A program made the translations under genes and the position numbers. From Haliotis cracherodii (Eukaryota), in NCBI RefSeq assembly GCF_022045235.1, contig NW_027266267.1:27094001-27158000 (forward strand): a DNA stretch of 64,000 bases, in the 5' to 3' direction. Of this stretch, positions 30,486 through 44,500 are shown one piece after another. The notes below the pieces were generated by a model. The model was not told the origin of the DNA. It ran no database searches and saw only the letters and a list, made by a program, of their open reading frames with translations. Within the stretch, counting starts at the first letter, position 1. Each line of letters begins with the position of its first letter.

Positions 30486-33400
30486 TCACATATTCTGGTA
30501 TGTTCGTATCTTCTCATACGTGTTGGGAATGTCCTCAGTTTCTCTCTGAAGGGCATCGTAGTGATTCCTGTCCACCGGAATTTCGTACTCATCGCCTGAA
30601 CATATACAGAAATATATAAAATAAGTACATTATCAATGTCCCTCTGACATATATAACTTTGAGAGAAAAGACAATTTTCATTGAAACACTTGTATCTGAA
30701 TGACATGAGTACGTGAACGTTTGTTTCACAGTCACAGTCAGCGTAATTTCAGGGTTTGACATCAGCCTGTTGATTTAGCCTAAACTAGAACATGCCACCG
30801 GGACAAATTGACAAGATGTCAGCTAATTTATTGAGTCTAGTCAGCAAACCATCTTTCGTCAGCTCTTACACGCAGCACGGACCGCTTGGTGCATGTACAC
30901 CTCTGGAGTCACTATTTAGATTTTCTGTGTTGCACACTTTTATACATTTGATATACGTCGACAAACTCTGACCTTGTGTTTGGAGTTGGACAGGAGATAT
31001 CACTGTGGCGGGAGTCTGTATGCTGTTGTGGTTGAGACAGAATAAATGTTACACGTGCGTGGAGATCAATATACTAGCCAACAAACCAACGACTGTTAAA
31101 AGCTCTTAAGCAAAAAACATTTTGAATTTGTAAAATTCTACTTGTCATTAATATGTTTGTTGAGAAGTTATGAAGTTTTCGAAGAATTATTGCTGGAAAG
31201 ATGAACCTACTTGGACATCACTGATATTTCTGTATTACTGGTTTTCTTGGCACCTGAAACAAGGACATATTTCAATAAATAATTTGAACAAGATAAATAT
31301 CATAATAGATATCAACACTAAATGTATAGTGGATAATGTCATTGATGTGATAATCGGATGAACTTGACAAATGAAATCACAAAGCAGAAACCCCTTTTAA
31401 TATGTCCCATACACCAATACGATGCTAAGTTGCAAAATACATTAATATATATTGTTAGTTTCATTCTATGCATTTGGTCAATTGCTGCATTCAGTGGGAT
31501 ATGATTTAGTGCATGCATTGCATATTTCTGTTGATTTGTTTACATTTTGTAAAAAAACGATCTAACAATCTGAAGTGTTGTTTCATTTTGATATAGATCC
31601 TCCAAAACAGAAGTATGGGTTTAAGGAAGATATTGTTCTGAGGTGAAGGGAATTGATCAGAATAGACATAAACTTTAGACTGATGATGTGATTTACTGAA
31701 TGAAAAGTGGTCTTTCTGCCCAGGTTTTTATACATTGAAAGAGCTTGAACGTGTGTTCATTCCATCCCTTTGTTACTTAATACACTCCAAATACAATAAA
31801 GCACGCAAGAGTGGTATTTGCTGGTACTCTCATGCGAACATTGGACATAAATGGTGAGGCCAAACTTGGCACAAGTGTCACTGTGAACCATGCCAACAAG
31901 ACGACCACACAAAGATCGCATGAAGGCAAAAGAATGACTCCAGGATGGTATATCCATCAGTAATGCAGCAGATGTCCCACTCCTCCATCCTCAGACTATG
32001 GAATAGATTTCGTACAACTGGCAGGTTCAAATGTAAACCATGTAAAAATCTTAGACCAGACAAGGGTATTACCGGCCCTGAAAGTTATTGGGCAAGGAGC
32101 CTTCTTGCATTATATTGTAAGACTTCACAGAGCAGGTGTTGTTACTGCCTTTCTGTAACAAACTGACCAGCTTGCTCGCCTAGTCATGCCTCTATCGAAC
32201 AAGCATAGGACGTCATTGGCGGACACGTGCGTCAGAACCATCGTCAGCCATCAAATCTGCAACAGCCCAACAGTCCAATTCCTCCAAGTAGACTGGCTAG
32301 CCATCCCGAAGACTCTGCGGACATCAGTGCGAGGTCGTTGCTGGGAGTGCATACAGCACATATGTGGTCACACACATTACGCTATCATGCCTTTTAATCA
32401 GTGTGTGTTCATTCCCCGATCCAGGCTCTTACAGCATTTATTCCCTCATTTGATTTCTGTGTAGAAATGATTACACTTGTTCTAAAGAGGACATATGTCA
32501 ACGTCTGTATGGTTTTCGTGGCATCAGCTCGTGAATACAAGATGTCCCTATAATTGTTTAAGAAGGATATGTAAGGAATGGATCCATGGCAGAACCCCAA
32601 TGCTAAGTGGAATGTCTTATAGATGCATGTGGTCAAGTGTTGTATGACGTCATACATCTAAGTTATATGTATATAACGTTAGAAGAACTGTTAAATTTCC
32701 ATCATCCTTTACTCACCCGATATGCAGTTTGCTATTTCGTCCCTGTAGAGGAAAGCCAAACCGAGACAGATGGCATCTACGGCCAGCATCACACAGACAC
32801 CTATAGCAACTCCAACACCAATAACGGATTCCTGGCTGTTTTGTATACATATCGCTGTCATTTGAAATAAAATATGCATTTTTTTAAATATGTAAAGGAT
32901 GTACACAATTTCCATTAAATCTGCACTTTACATTATCTTCAGAAACTATAGCATTGTTGCAGTACAAATTTAACAAAACTAATTTAACCATCAATGGTTC
33001 GTTAAAGCTGACAATACATCAAGGTTTCATTTGTTGTGTACATTCGTACCATGATGACTATGAAATATGTCACGTGGTTGTATAATATCAGAAAATGAGC
33101 AGAAATATATTACCTTGATAATGCCTAATAATTCTGTGGACATACGTGGAGATACGACAAAGAACGAAGAGTATTCTGTACACAGTGATGAAAAGAGAGT
33201 CTTTTCCCAATAAATCGGAAACACAAGCTCCAGGTTTGTTTAAAGTGTAACGTCAAATATGTATATTTGTGTGTAGCACTAATTTAAACATTTCGAGTAG
33301 GAAAGACGTGAGTGTCATGTGAGACCTTCACAGATGTGATCCGTAAGTGATCCGTAAGTGTTCAGATCCGTTTACCACTAATCGTTGCTTTGTTTCACTT

Positions 33401-36388
33401 CAGCAAACCCACCTGTTGTAGACGTTTCGGGACGTGATGTTGGCCCTGGCGGTTGTTGACCTGGAAATCAAGACAAAGTTGTAGTTGTTAGTAAAATAAG
33501 CCTGACCTAAGCCTGAATTGAACTGAACAGGTGAACCTTTTTTTTTTTTTGTTGTCCAGCTAACATGTGTTCAATTTCATAATGTATATGGCGTTACAAA
33601 AAATCACATAGGCCTAATCTAGATACCAGAATGAAATTTCCAACTGCATGATGTACATGGTATAACAGATTAAATATGAGCCTGACCCTGATCCCAAACG
33701 GAAATTACCAAGTGTAATTATGGCCTTGATGTTTAAATGGTTGCTGTCCTGATATTGAAACCTTACAGACATTTGAGTTCAGGTTCAAGATGTACGTGGG
33801 ATAGATGATATAACTGATGTATTTTCCCGACAATTTTAAGCAAAAAATCCGCTAAGCATGAACTTTAAATGCCAGTAGTTTGACTGCTTGATCTGCAAAC
33901 CAAATACGTATAAATGTTGAAGCACTCATGACTATGAAATCTTACCAACAACAAGAACTGTCTTGTTGTCACCGTAGTCTTCATTAATGACTGAACACCT
34001 GAACTGTCTCCCATCGTCTAGATTCGAGACTGTATGAAGCAGTGTTGACGCCCCGTTATACTGGCATGCTCCTGACCCAGGTACGGGAGAAGGAGGGTCG
34101 TAAGTGATGTTTTGGTCGTTTGGATATCGTGTCCAGGAAGTGAACTCGTTGTCTATAGATCGCCACTCCCATGTCCACAGGTTCTGGAGATTGTTCACAT
34201 CAAACTGGTTCCCGATCCTCCCAGTGCATCTGAATGAGATCAGCTGACCATTGTCATAACTGACCCTGTCGGGAGTGGGGAACATCTGTATCTGCTCTGG
34301 GTAAGCTGTAAGATAAATACAATATTATGTCGATGTTCTGGATAATAAGAAATTCATGAAGAAGAATGACAAATACTCGGATAAAGAGTAATATGTTTAT
34401 ATCAAATGTGCAAATGGGGCATGGGTGGCGCAGTCTAAGGCATCTCGATTCCGCTGTGCAGAGTTGCATCCCTTTGGCGCGCCAGAAACCTATGATTGTG
34501 GGTTCGAATCCTGGTTCGCCCCGATTATGTTTCTAGGTTTGTCAGTACCATACCCGTGCTCATGGGTTTTATCAAAGTGTTAAACGCCTAAGACCTGCAT
34601 CACTTCAGGGTTTCCTCAAACCTTAAGCTGACACGCCACGAAATAACTGGAATACTGTGGAAAATTTGCGTTAAACCCAACTCAGTCGTTCTCTCATGAA
34701 TGACAGAACACCTGAACTGTCTCCCATTGTCTAGATTCGAGACTGTATGAAGCAGTGCTGTTTGTTGACGCCCCGTTATACTGACATGCCTCTGAGACAG
34801 ACACGGGAGAAGGATGGTTGTAGGTGATGATTTGGTTGTTGGGATATCGTGTCCAGGAGGTGAACTCATTGTATATGTCCGCCACTCCCATGTCCACAGG
34901 TTCTGGAGAGTTTTTATCGAACTGGTTTAGAAACCTGCCTGTTAACCTCATTGAGATCATCTGTACACTTGAATGTACACCTGCATGTCCACATGAATGA
35001 GATCATCTGTACACCTGAATGAGATCATCTGTACACCTCAATGTAAACCTGCCTGTACACCTGAATGAGATCATCTGTACACCTCAATGTAAACCTGCCT
35101 GTACACATGAATGAGATTATCTGTACACCTGAATGTAATCCTGCCTGTACACCTGAATGAGATCATCTGTACACCTGAATGTACACCTGCCTGTACACCT
35201 GAATGAGATCATCTGTACATCTGAATGTAAACCTGCCTGTACACCTGAATGAGATCATCTGTACACCTGAATGTAAACCTGTCTGTACACCTGCCGGTAC
35301 ACCTAAATGAACAAGTGAACCTGAAGGAATCAACTGACCTTCATCATAACTGATCCTATATATATATCCATGTGATTTTAAATGTGTAGTTCAAATCACT
35401 TAAAAAGAAACAAGACATTTTAGTTTTGGTAAATATAAACATACGCACTTCTAGCTGTGATGTTGGTGGTTGTCTCATCACTTCCAGATGATCCCGCCGT
35501 GTATAGGGTGGAACAATAGTATGTAGAAGCAGCATCTGTACATCTCAGATCTGTCAGGATGAACTGTATGCTGCCTGTTGCTCCAGTAATAGAACCTGAG
35601 GCTGTCATCCGCTGTTGTAGGCTTGTGTCCACTACTTGTACTGACGAATCTCTGATGGTCATTCGTATTATAGCCTGATGAGAACCAGTAGACGATTTCT
35701 GGCCAATCTCCATGTTAAACAGTTGTGTTATCCCAGGTACATCTGGACTACAACTTACAGTCAACTGAGATGTTGGGTTACTTCCCCCAATAGTTATTTG
35801 TGTTGGTGATGTGGTCAGTCTTGCCCCTGTGACTGAGAAAGAAAAGCTTGTGTTTATGTCAGTGAGAGATGCACAAATCGAAAATTCAAAAAAAATGTCG
35901 GGTTATTCTTTCATGTAAAACATATGATGGGAATCATATATAGCATTGTAATTAACAGTCAGAGCCCATTCAGAAGCATATGACTCTTCTTGTAGTGACT
36001 ACAGGCTTGCCCCAGTGACTGAGAAAGAAAACTAGCATAAGTCGACGATTCAACAACATGTCTGATGTGAAAACTATATAACATTGTAACGCACCACTGT
36101 ACAGTAGAAGACCATTCAAAAGCACATGACTCTTCCTGTAGCTACAATATATGTCGCACATTCCAGGCAGCACAGGTCACCATTTGAGGGCCTGCAGTTA
36201 TAATGACTGATTCTGCACACCTTGCAAGTACCTTGTTTCAGAACACATTGATGTGATGAGAATTTGATTCACACTGAACAAAACTAATAAGCTGATATCT
36301 ATGTTTATATGCCAGCACTAATTGTGTACTCACTTCCAGGGAGAAAAATAATGAAAATCTGACAACAAAAAGGATGACAAGGCTTCAT
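30486..36388 (-). CDS. Ig-superfamily type I membrane receptor, copy B (intact, 364 aa)
   Basis: Exons 36334-36388 (signal), 35449-35832 (V-like Ig), 33946-34305 (Ig), 33413-33460 (P/T stalk), 32717-32854 (TM VIGVGVAIGVCVMLAVDAICLGLAFLY) and 30486-30595 (tail DEYEIPVDRNHYDALQRETEDIPNTYEKIRTYQNM*). All introns GT-AG, all phase 1, 1095 nt open. Confidence 0.8.
34416..34690 (+). mobile_element. tRNA-derived SINE (Leu-like head) in intron 2 of copy B
   Basis: Collinear with 29827-30102. Confidence 0.8.
34696..34962 (-). pseudogene. Degenerate intronic duplicate of Ig exon 3, copy B
   Basis: Fragments NEFTSWTRYPN and LLHTVSNLDNGRQFRCSVI lie in different frames (ORFs 34694-34960 and 34600-34869). 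Confidence 0.8.
34936..35310. repeat. TACACCTG-type minisatellite, copy B
   Basis: Same units as 816-2204. Confidence 0.9.
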
Positions 36389-38287
36389 GCTTCTTTCTCC
36401 CAAAAGTGAATTCCTTTTCCTGAAACATGTGAATGTATGTCGGAAAAAAGATTTAATTATACCTTTGGTTTATTTACAGAAATTATCTGTCGAGCTGATG
36501 TAACCCCTTCCCTTCCCCAAAAATGAAAAACATCAATCACATCTCGCAATTGACGTTAAACACAACATGTCGAAGTGAACAACACTCCCCTGATTGGTGA
36601 GATGTAGATTACCCTAGTATGTTTATATGCTGCAGATGATAAATATTTCAAAGGCGAAGTTTGGTTTTGGTGGTATGTGATATGAATAACCCAAAATGAA
36701 CCATTTTTTGTAACACACAGGCCAAGCAAAATGTTCTACAAACGAACTGTGCTCAGTCTCCATGGGAGGATCATTGTTTTGTTTTAAACATATTTTATTG
36801 ACATATACTGTCAACGGGATTGGGCAAAAGTTATCCAACTTGGGTGGCCCTTTCGCTACTCTATATGGATCAGTATATGCCTACATGAGATAGTGGTGTA
36901 CAGTAAGACATGCAGTGTCGAGTATTGGTTTGCCATCAGACATAGAAAAAAGGTAAATGTCACCACACAGTGGACACAAATATCACGTCTGAGTCTTCAA
37001 AGCTATAACACTTACACCTGTACATGTGAACCCGACCACCGATTGGAATACAAGCCTGAACGATTTACTTCCTTGTTGATTGCACCAGCTGTAGCGTCTG
37101 CGCTATTGTACACCACATCGATGTAAATAATCTCTAGGGTCACGGTGTCAGCAGGGTGAAAATATACTTGTGCTTAGATGGGAATATCCACACTGTTAAA
37201 CGACGGTAAGGGTTTGGGTAGTATTCAGGACACTGGTTGTATGGATACTATCATGAAACAAGAAGTAAAAGCCATTCTGAAATTGTCTTAACAACAATAA
37301 CACAATGACTGTGCTCTGAACACAAAGACACACCATTCTCGCCCACCATTTGCATTCCCTGCCTGCACGATTACTTCCTTGTTGAGTGCACTAACTATGA
37401 TATCTGCGTTATTGTTTACCACACCTACAATGTATGTAAATAATATCTCGGGGCATGGTGACATGGTCGTCAGTAGCGTGATATTATATATGTGCTTATA
37501 AAGAGATCTCCCAATGTGGAGCGATGGTAAGGGTTTGGGTAGTATTTGTGACTATGTCCATATGATATGGATACCAACATAAAACAACCAGTAAAAGGCC
37601 TTCCCTTATTGTCTTTACATCGATCACAACAATGACTGTGAACACTAAACACACCTACCTCTACATGTTATTACGCCCACAATAAGGAGTCCCTGTCTGC
37701 ACAGTATATGCCAGTCTCGTAAAAGCAGCAGTATAAATACATTTACAATTCACGTGTTGGGTCATGGGTCATTGTGTTGTTAGGAACCTGCACAGTGAAG
37801 AGGAAAGGTGAAGGTTGGGATAACATTGTAGTGGTCGGTATACAGATAATCGGGGACAGAGACTTGTACTTTCTTTCTGTTTTCGATTTTTCAACCCAAT
37901 GGACAATTGTTATTACTACATCGCGGTCAGAAATATCATTGATAGATCTATACACAGTACAGTTTCAATTTCCGAATATATTAGTGCCTTTGCATGTGTT
38001 TGTGACGGGTGCCACCAATGGGGCAGGATGTGTTCACCTTTTTCACGAACACCTGGTGTCATCACTATTTGATAGCGATTCATTAACACATGCTCATGAT
38101 ATAGTCTAAATCTAATGAATATGGAAAAGTGTTTTCGCTTTTATTTGAAGATGTAGAAAGATTTCGGATATGTCTAAAAGTTTTCTGGAAATAATAACAT
38201 CAAAGTATTCGATAACTAAACAGGAAAACCTCTTTCTAATGTTCTCTGATGCTATGTAAGACAGAAGGTGGTGTTGTCTTGGATGAG

Positions 38288-38391
38288 TGAGTGAGTGAGT
38301 GAGTATGGTTTTACGCCGCTTTTAGCAATATTCCAGCAATATCACGGCGGGGGGACACCAGAAATGGGCTTCACACATTGTACCCATGTCG
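38288..38391 (-). mobile_element. 5'-truncated short tRNA-SINE
   Basis: 3' part of the 51227-51389 family; TSD TGTCTTGGATGAG at 38275-38287 and 38392-38404; empty site in the paralog at 27842. Confidence 0.9.
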
Positions 38392-41185
38392 TGTCTTGGA
38401 TGAGGAGGATAGAGTATCCGTTCATTTTACCCTGATAAAACTCAAAACCAATCATGATCAAGCCTAATGAGATCTTCGGAGGCAAAACTCAAGATTGATA
38501 AGGCAATCCATGCAATGATGGATACACCTAAGCAGTGTTTTACTTCAGACGACTTTTAACAATTTGATGTTACATTAGAACGTTTTATAAGTACAGGAAT
38601 AAACATTGCCAGTTTTAAGTATTAACCCTACATCTGAGTTCAGTGTCTAGACGGAGAGTCACTCGTCGAAACATACATTCAGCTAAACCAACCCGACAAC
38701 TAAATTCCATCCTAGCGTATTTTCTATCCCTCATCCACAGTTTTAGCCAAAATTACATTTATCCGTGTCAGTAACATCTATTATCTTTAAGAAACCCGGT
38801 TAACTGATTATTTGATATAAACTACCCTTGCCATTCAAACACCACATGAGTTAGAAATTAAATTCATGATCTGTTGTATGGAGGATGTTACAGTATGTAT
38901 TAACTTGTATGCATTTCATCAAGACATATGCCGATAAAAGCATGAGCTTACTGTATGATTTATGGTAATGCAACAAGAAAATAAACAGTGTGAAAACATG
39001 AATAAATTAAAATGTCAAAGACAGATTATTGTTGCAACTGTTTCACTACTTCAGTTGTTTTAATACCTAATATCTGTCTGTACCGATTAAATATTAAATA
39101 TGAATGGTAAATGGTTCATGGTACGTTGAGCTCACATTGGTTCATGAAAACGCATATTTATCTGTACACATTTACACGGTTTCTATTTATTAGGAAAGAT
39201 AAAGTTTACCTCCATCTATAAAGTCGAGATAGCAATATAAATCAAATCTATTGCATAATGGCTACAACACCCTTTCCAGTCCCTATAACTCTCTCTTCTA
39301 AACACTCGCTACAACAAATGTCCGCTATCTACCTTCTTATTTACTTACTACACTACATCAACATTTCCATTTACCTCATTCACTTTCATTCAATATTCGA
39401 ATTGTTTGTCCTCTTTCTCATTTTACAAATTCCACAGGTCAACCAACTGGGCCTAAACACACTGTGTACATGCGGGAGGTAGTTGACGCCATTTTGTCGT
39501 CTTCGTGCACAATTGCTGCAATTTGTCCTATACACAAACGTACGTCATAAGAGAATACCTGAAGGCGTTTATAAATATCTTGACAACGAGAACCAAGTAT
39601 TGGTACTCCGTCACCTTCCGTCACTTTCTCTATTGATCTTAGTAAACCTAAATATCTATTGTTTCACTATATGTAATACCCTCATTACAGTATATGGAGG
39701 TGAACGGTTACAAGTGCGTGAATGTTGTTGTTTTATGCAATATTTGTCACACTGAAGAACGTGTCACTTTTGAAAATCTTATATTCTGGCCAGAATTGTA
39801 CCTTTCACGATTCAACCAAGGATTTTGTTGTCCTTGTAAGCAGCCTCTGAATGTCTTTGTACGAAGCTAACTTGTATATGTATGCATAAATACACTCTGC
39901 TTAAACATAAACACGCAAGTACCAATAATTTTGCTTATGCATTTTTGTTGTCCCATAAAGAAAAGAATAAACATATTAACGTTTGTGAAAGTTTATTTTA
40001 CAATTCAGTGTATTATACAACTGTCAGCATTAATCGCTGTGGTATAGCTGGAATATTGCTAAACGCGGCCTTACTCTTAAGGCACATTGTATGACCCCAA
40101 CTTGAATATGTAAGCACACATACAATGTGTGTGGAGATAAACATGTAAGAACTAAAGTGACCATTGACATTTGTAAACATCTGTGAAAGTGTATTCTGCA
40201 TCAGCATTAATCACAATCAATCACTATCACTGGTGGGAAACATACCCTTTGCCAATGTATTAAGGGTTGGTCTTGTATGGAGTCAGGCACGAAGTATGTG
40301 GACGTATATCACATGCAAAAATTAATAACATTGAACATGAAGGTGTTGCTTAGTCTTTTGTACCTCAACTGACAGCAGATAGTCATTCAAAGATTTGATT
40401 TATGCTTCTGTTATAATTCATGCAGCACTGATACGCCCGTCATATCAGACATTATGACATCAGTATGTTTGTCATTCAAAACAGTTCTGATAACAAAGTA
40501 ACATCTATATTGTTACACCTTACAACGACTCTTACGCTTCCGTAATGTAGGATTAGTAAGTAGATCTGTGTTTCTATTTGATTGCATCTTTGAGGAAGTA
40601 TTGTGTTTTGGTCATATGAATTTTTGTCTACGTCTGAGGAGATGTGCACTTAATTACATTGAACATGAAGGTGTTCCTTATACTATTGTACCTCAAATAC
40701 AAGTGAATGTCCAATCAGAACTAACGTTGACTTTCATGTCTTAGCAATCACCATTGAAATTGCATCCAAATGTGCATCCTTATTTCACATATTCTGGTAT
40801 GTTCGTATCTTCTCATACGTGTTGGGAATGTCAGCAGTCTCAGTCTGAAGGGCATCGTAGTGATTCCTGTTCACAGGAGTTTCGTACTCATCGCCTGCAC
40901 ATATACAGAAATATATATATTAAGCACATTATCAATGTCTCTCTGACATATATAACTTTGAGAGAAAAGACAGTTTTCATTGAAATATGTTCACATACAA
41001 TTATATTTGAATGAAGTGAGTACGTGAACGCTTAACAGTCTCAATCAACATATATTTCTGGGTTTTACATCAGCCTGTTTATTTACCCCTAAATTAGAAC
41101 ATGCCACCGGGACAAGTTGACAAGATGTCAGCTTATTTAGTGAGTCTAATCAGCCAATCATCTTTCGTCAGCTCTTATACCCAGC

Positions 41186-41536
41186 GACCGCCTCCGTGGT
41201 CTAATGGTAGAGCGTCAGCCCGGACAGCGGAAGCTCCGCAGTTCGATCCCCGACCGCGTCATACCAAAAGACGTTAAAAGATGGTACTTGTTGTTACCCT
41301 GTCTGGCGCTCGGCATTAAGGGGCTAAAACAAGAACTGGTCGGCTTGGAGTCAGTAAACTGGGTCTGAGTGGGGTATTCATGTTAAACTGCGACATGGTA
41401 TCTCAGTGAGCTAGCACTATAAATCGGCATCAGTCCCGACTAGTACGAGCATCCACACACACACACACACGTACATGCACGTCGCTATATAAGTGCAATA
41501 ATCTTGGACGCGACGTTAAACCCCATTTCACCTCAC
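41186..41536 (+). mobile_element. tRNA-derived SINE with Meta-like central domain
   Basis: A box TGGTCTAATGG, B box GTTCGATCC, central CATACCAAAAGACGTTAAAAGATGGTAC...GCATTAAGG (Meta assignment from memory), tail CGACGTTAAA+(CACCT)n. TSD CTCTTATACCCAGC at 41172-41185 and 41537-41550; empty site near 30863. Confidence 0.85.
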
Positions 41537-44500
41537 CTCTTATACCCAGCACGGACCGCTTGGTGCATGTACACCTCTGGAGTCACTATTTAGATTTTCT
41601 GCGTTGCACACTTTTATACTTTTGATATACGTTGACAAACTCTGACCTTGTGTTTGGATTTCGACAGGAGAGATCACTGTGGCGGGAGTCTGTATGCTGT
41701 TGTGGTTGAGACAGGATAAATGTTACACGCGCATTGAGATCAATATACTAGCCAACAAACCAACGACATTTTAAAAGCTTTTTTGCAAAAAGACATTTTC
41801 AAATGAAATTCTACATATCATTAATATGTTTATTGAGAAGTTATGAATCTTTCGAAGAATTATTGCTGGAATTATGAACCTACTTGGACATTACTGGCAT
41901 TTCTGTATTACTGGTTTTCTTGACACCTGAAACAAGGATATATTTTAATTAATACTTTGAATAAGATAGATATCACAATAAATGTCAATACTGAATGTAT
42001 AGTGGATAATGTCATTGATGTGATAATCGGATGGACTGAAGTCACAAAGCAGAAACCCTTTAAATATGTCCCACACACCGATACGATGCGAAGTTGCAAC
42101 ATACACTATTCCAATCCTAATGCTTACATGCATATTAAGCACAGTGAGAGCAATATATATTGCTAACTTCATTCTATGCAGTTGTTCAATTGCTGCATTA
42201 CGTGGGATATGATTTAGTGCAGGCATTGCATATTCATGTGGGTTTGTTTACATTTTGTAACCGACCTAACATTCTGAATTGTAGTTTCATTTTGATATAG
42301 ATGCTCCAAAACAGAAGTATGGGAGCTCCCTGTGACTAAGGAAGATATTGTTCCGAGGTGAAAGGAATTGATCAGAATAGACATAAACTTTAGACCGATG
42401 ATGTGATTTATTGAATGAAAAGTGGTCTTTCTGCCCAGGTTTTTATACATTGAAAGAGCGGGAACGTGTGTCCATTCCATCCCTTTGTTACTTAAGACTC
42501 TCGAAATACAAAATAGCACGAGAGAGTGGTCTTTGCTGATACTCTCATGCGAACTTTGGACATAAATGGTGAGGCCAAACTTGGCACAAGTGTCACTGTG
42601 AACCATGCCAACAAGACGACCACACAAAGATCGAGGTGAAGGCAATAGGATGACTCCAGGATGGCATATCCACCAGTAATGCAGCTGATGTCCCACTCCA
42701 TCGTCCTCAGACTATGGAATAGATTTCGTACCACTGGCAGGTTCAAATGTAAACCATGTTAAAATCTTAGACCAGACAATGGTTATCCTTCAGCCTTCAG
42801 GACTTGCAACAGCGCTCCACCACAGTCAGGGCTCTGAGGCTACAACTGGGGGCTGCCACACACACAAAACTCAGTACCGAGACCATAAGGAACAGCATCC
42901 GAGCTGCCAACATGTGGTCACTTGTGTCCTCCATTTCGACCAGTTTATCGAGTCGACCTGGTGCAGATCTCATCTCATGTGGAATGTGCAATAGTTGTCG
43001 CAAGTACTCTCTACTCTCTATCTGCAGTTTAAAATTCATGTTGGGCTCGTGTCCTGAGAGTCCCTCATAAAAAAGATGCCACTCTGTTAGAGAGACCGGT
43101 TATGATCACTTATGATCTAGGGTGGCTTTAGCCATTATAACAGTACTCTCCATACCATGTCAATCTTATCGTTGGATGATACACTCTCCACTCCAGGGTA
43201 TTACCAGCTCTGAAAGTTATTGGGCAAGGTACCTTCTTACAGGACAATGCAAGACTTCACAGAACCGGTGTTGTTACTACCTTTCTGAAACATATTGACC
43301 AGCTTGCTCGCCCGGTCATGCATCTATCGAACAACCATAGGACGTACTTGGCGGACGCGTGCGGCAGTACCATCGTCAGCCATCAAATCTGCAACAGCCC
43401 AACAGTCCAATTCCTCCAAGAAGACTGGCCAGCCATCCCCGAAGACTCTGTGGACATCAGTGCGACGTCGTTGCTGGGAGTGCATGCAGCACAGATGTGG
43501 CCACACACATTACGCTATCTGACCATGTAACTCTTTGCCTTATGACCAGTGTGTGTTCATTCCCTGCATCAAGGCTCTTATAGTATTTAATCCCTCATTT
43601 GACAGTTTGTATGCAGAAATGATTGTGCTTGTTCTAAAGAGGACACATGCCAACGTTTTTACGTCTGTATGGTTTTCGTGGCATCAGCTCGTGAATACAA
43701 GATGTCCACATACTTGTTTGAGAAGGATATGTAAGGAATGGATCCTTGGCAGAACCCCAATGCTAAGTTGATCGTCTTATGGATGCATGTGTAATGGTCA
43801 AGTGTTGTATGACGTCATACATCTAAGTTATATGTATATAACGTTAGAAGAACTGTTAAATTTCCACCATCTTTTACTCACCCGATATGCAGTTTGCTAT
43901 TTCGTCCCTGTATAGGAAAGCCAAACCCAGACAGATGGCATCCACGACCAGCATCACACAGACACCTATAGCAACTCCAACACCAATAGCGGATTCCTGG
44001 CTGTTTTGTATACATATCGCTGTCATTTGAAATAAAATATGCATTTTTTTTAAATATGTAAAGGATGTACACAATTTCCATTAAATCTACAATTTACAAT
44101 ATTTTTCACAAACCATAGCATTGTTGCAATACAAATTTAACTGAACAAATTTAATCATCAGGAGTTCGTTAAAGCTGACAATACCTCAAGATTTTCTTAT
44201 TTGGATGTTTCATTTGTTGTGTACATTGGTACCATGGCGACAATGAAATATGTTGTATAATATCAGAAAATGAGCAGAAATATATCACCTTGATAATGCC
44301 TGATAATTCTGTGGAGATACGACAAAGAACGAAGAGTATTCTGTACACAGTGATGAAAAGAGAGTCTTTCCCCAATAAATCGGAAGCAAAAGCTCCCTGT
44401 ATGTTTAAAATGTAACATCAAATACGTATATTTGTGTGTAGCACTAATTTAAACATTTCGAGTAGGAAAGACGTGAGTGTCATGTGAGAATTTCACAGAT

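Noticed and set aside
31540-32640. Possible very old LINE RT fragment in intron 5 of copies B and C (GFC(Q/H)GSI...RADATK; ORF 42214-42696)
   Set aside because: Only faint motif resemblance, broken frames and wrong spacing; cannot be supported without a profile search.
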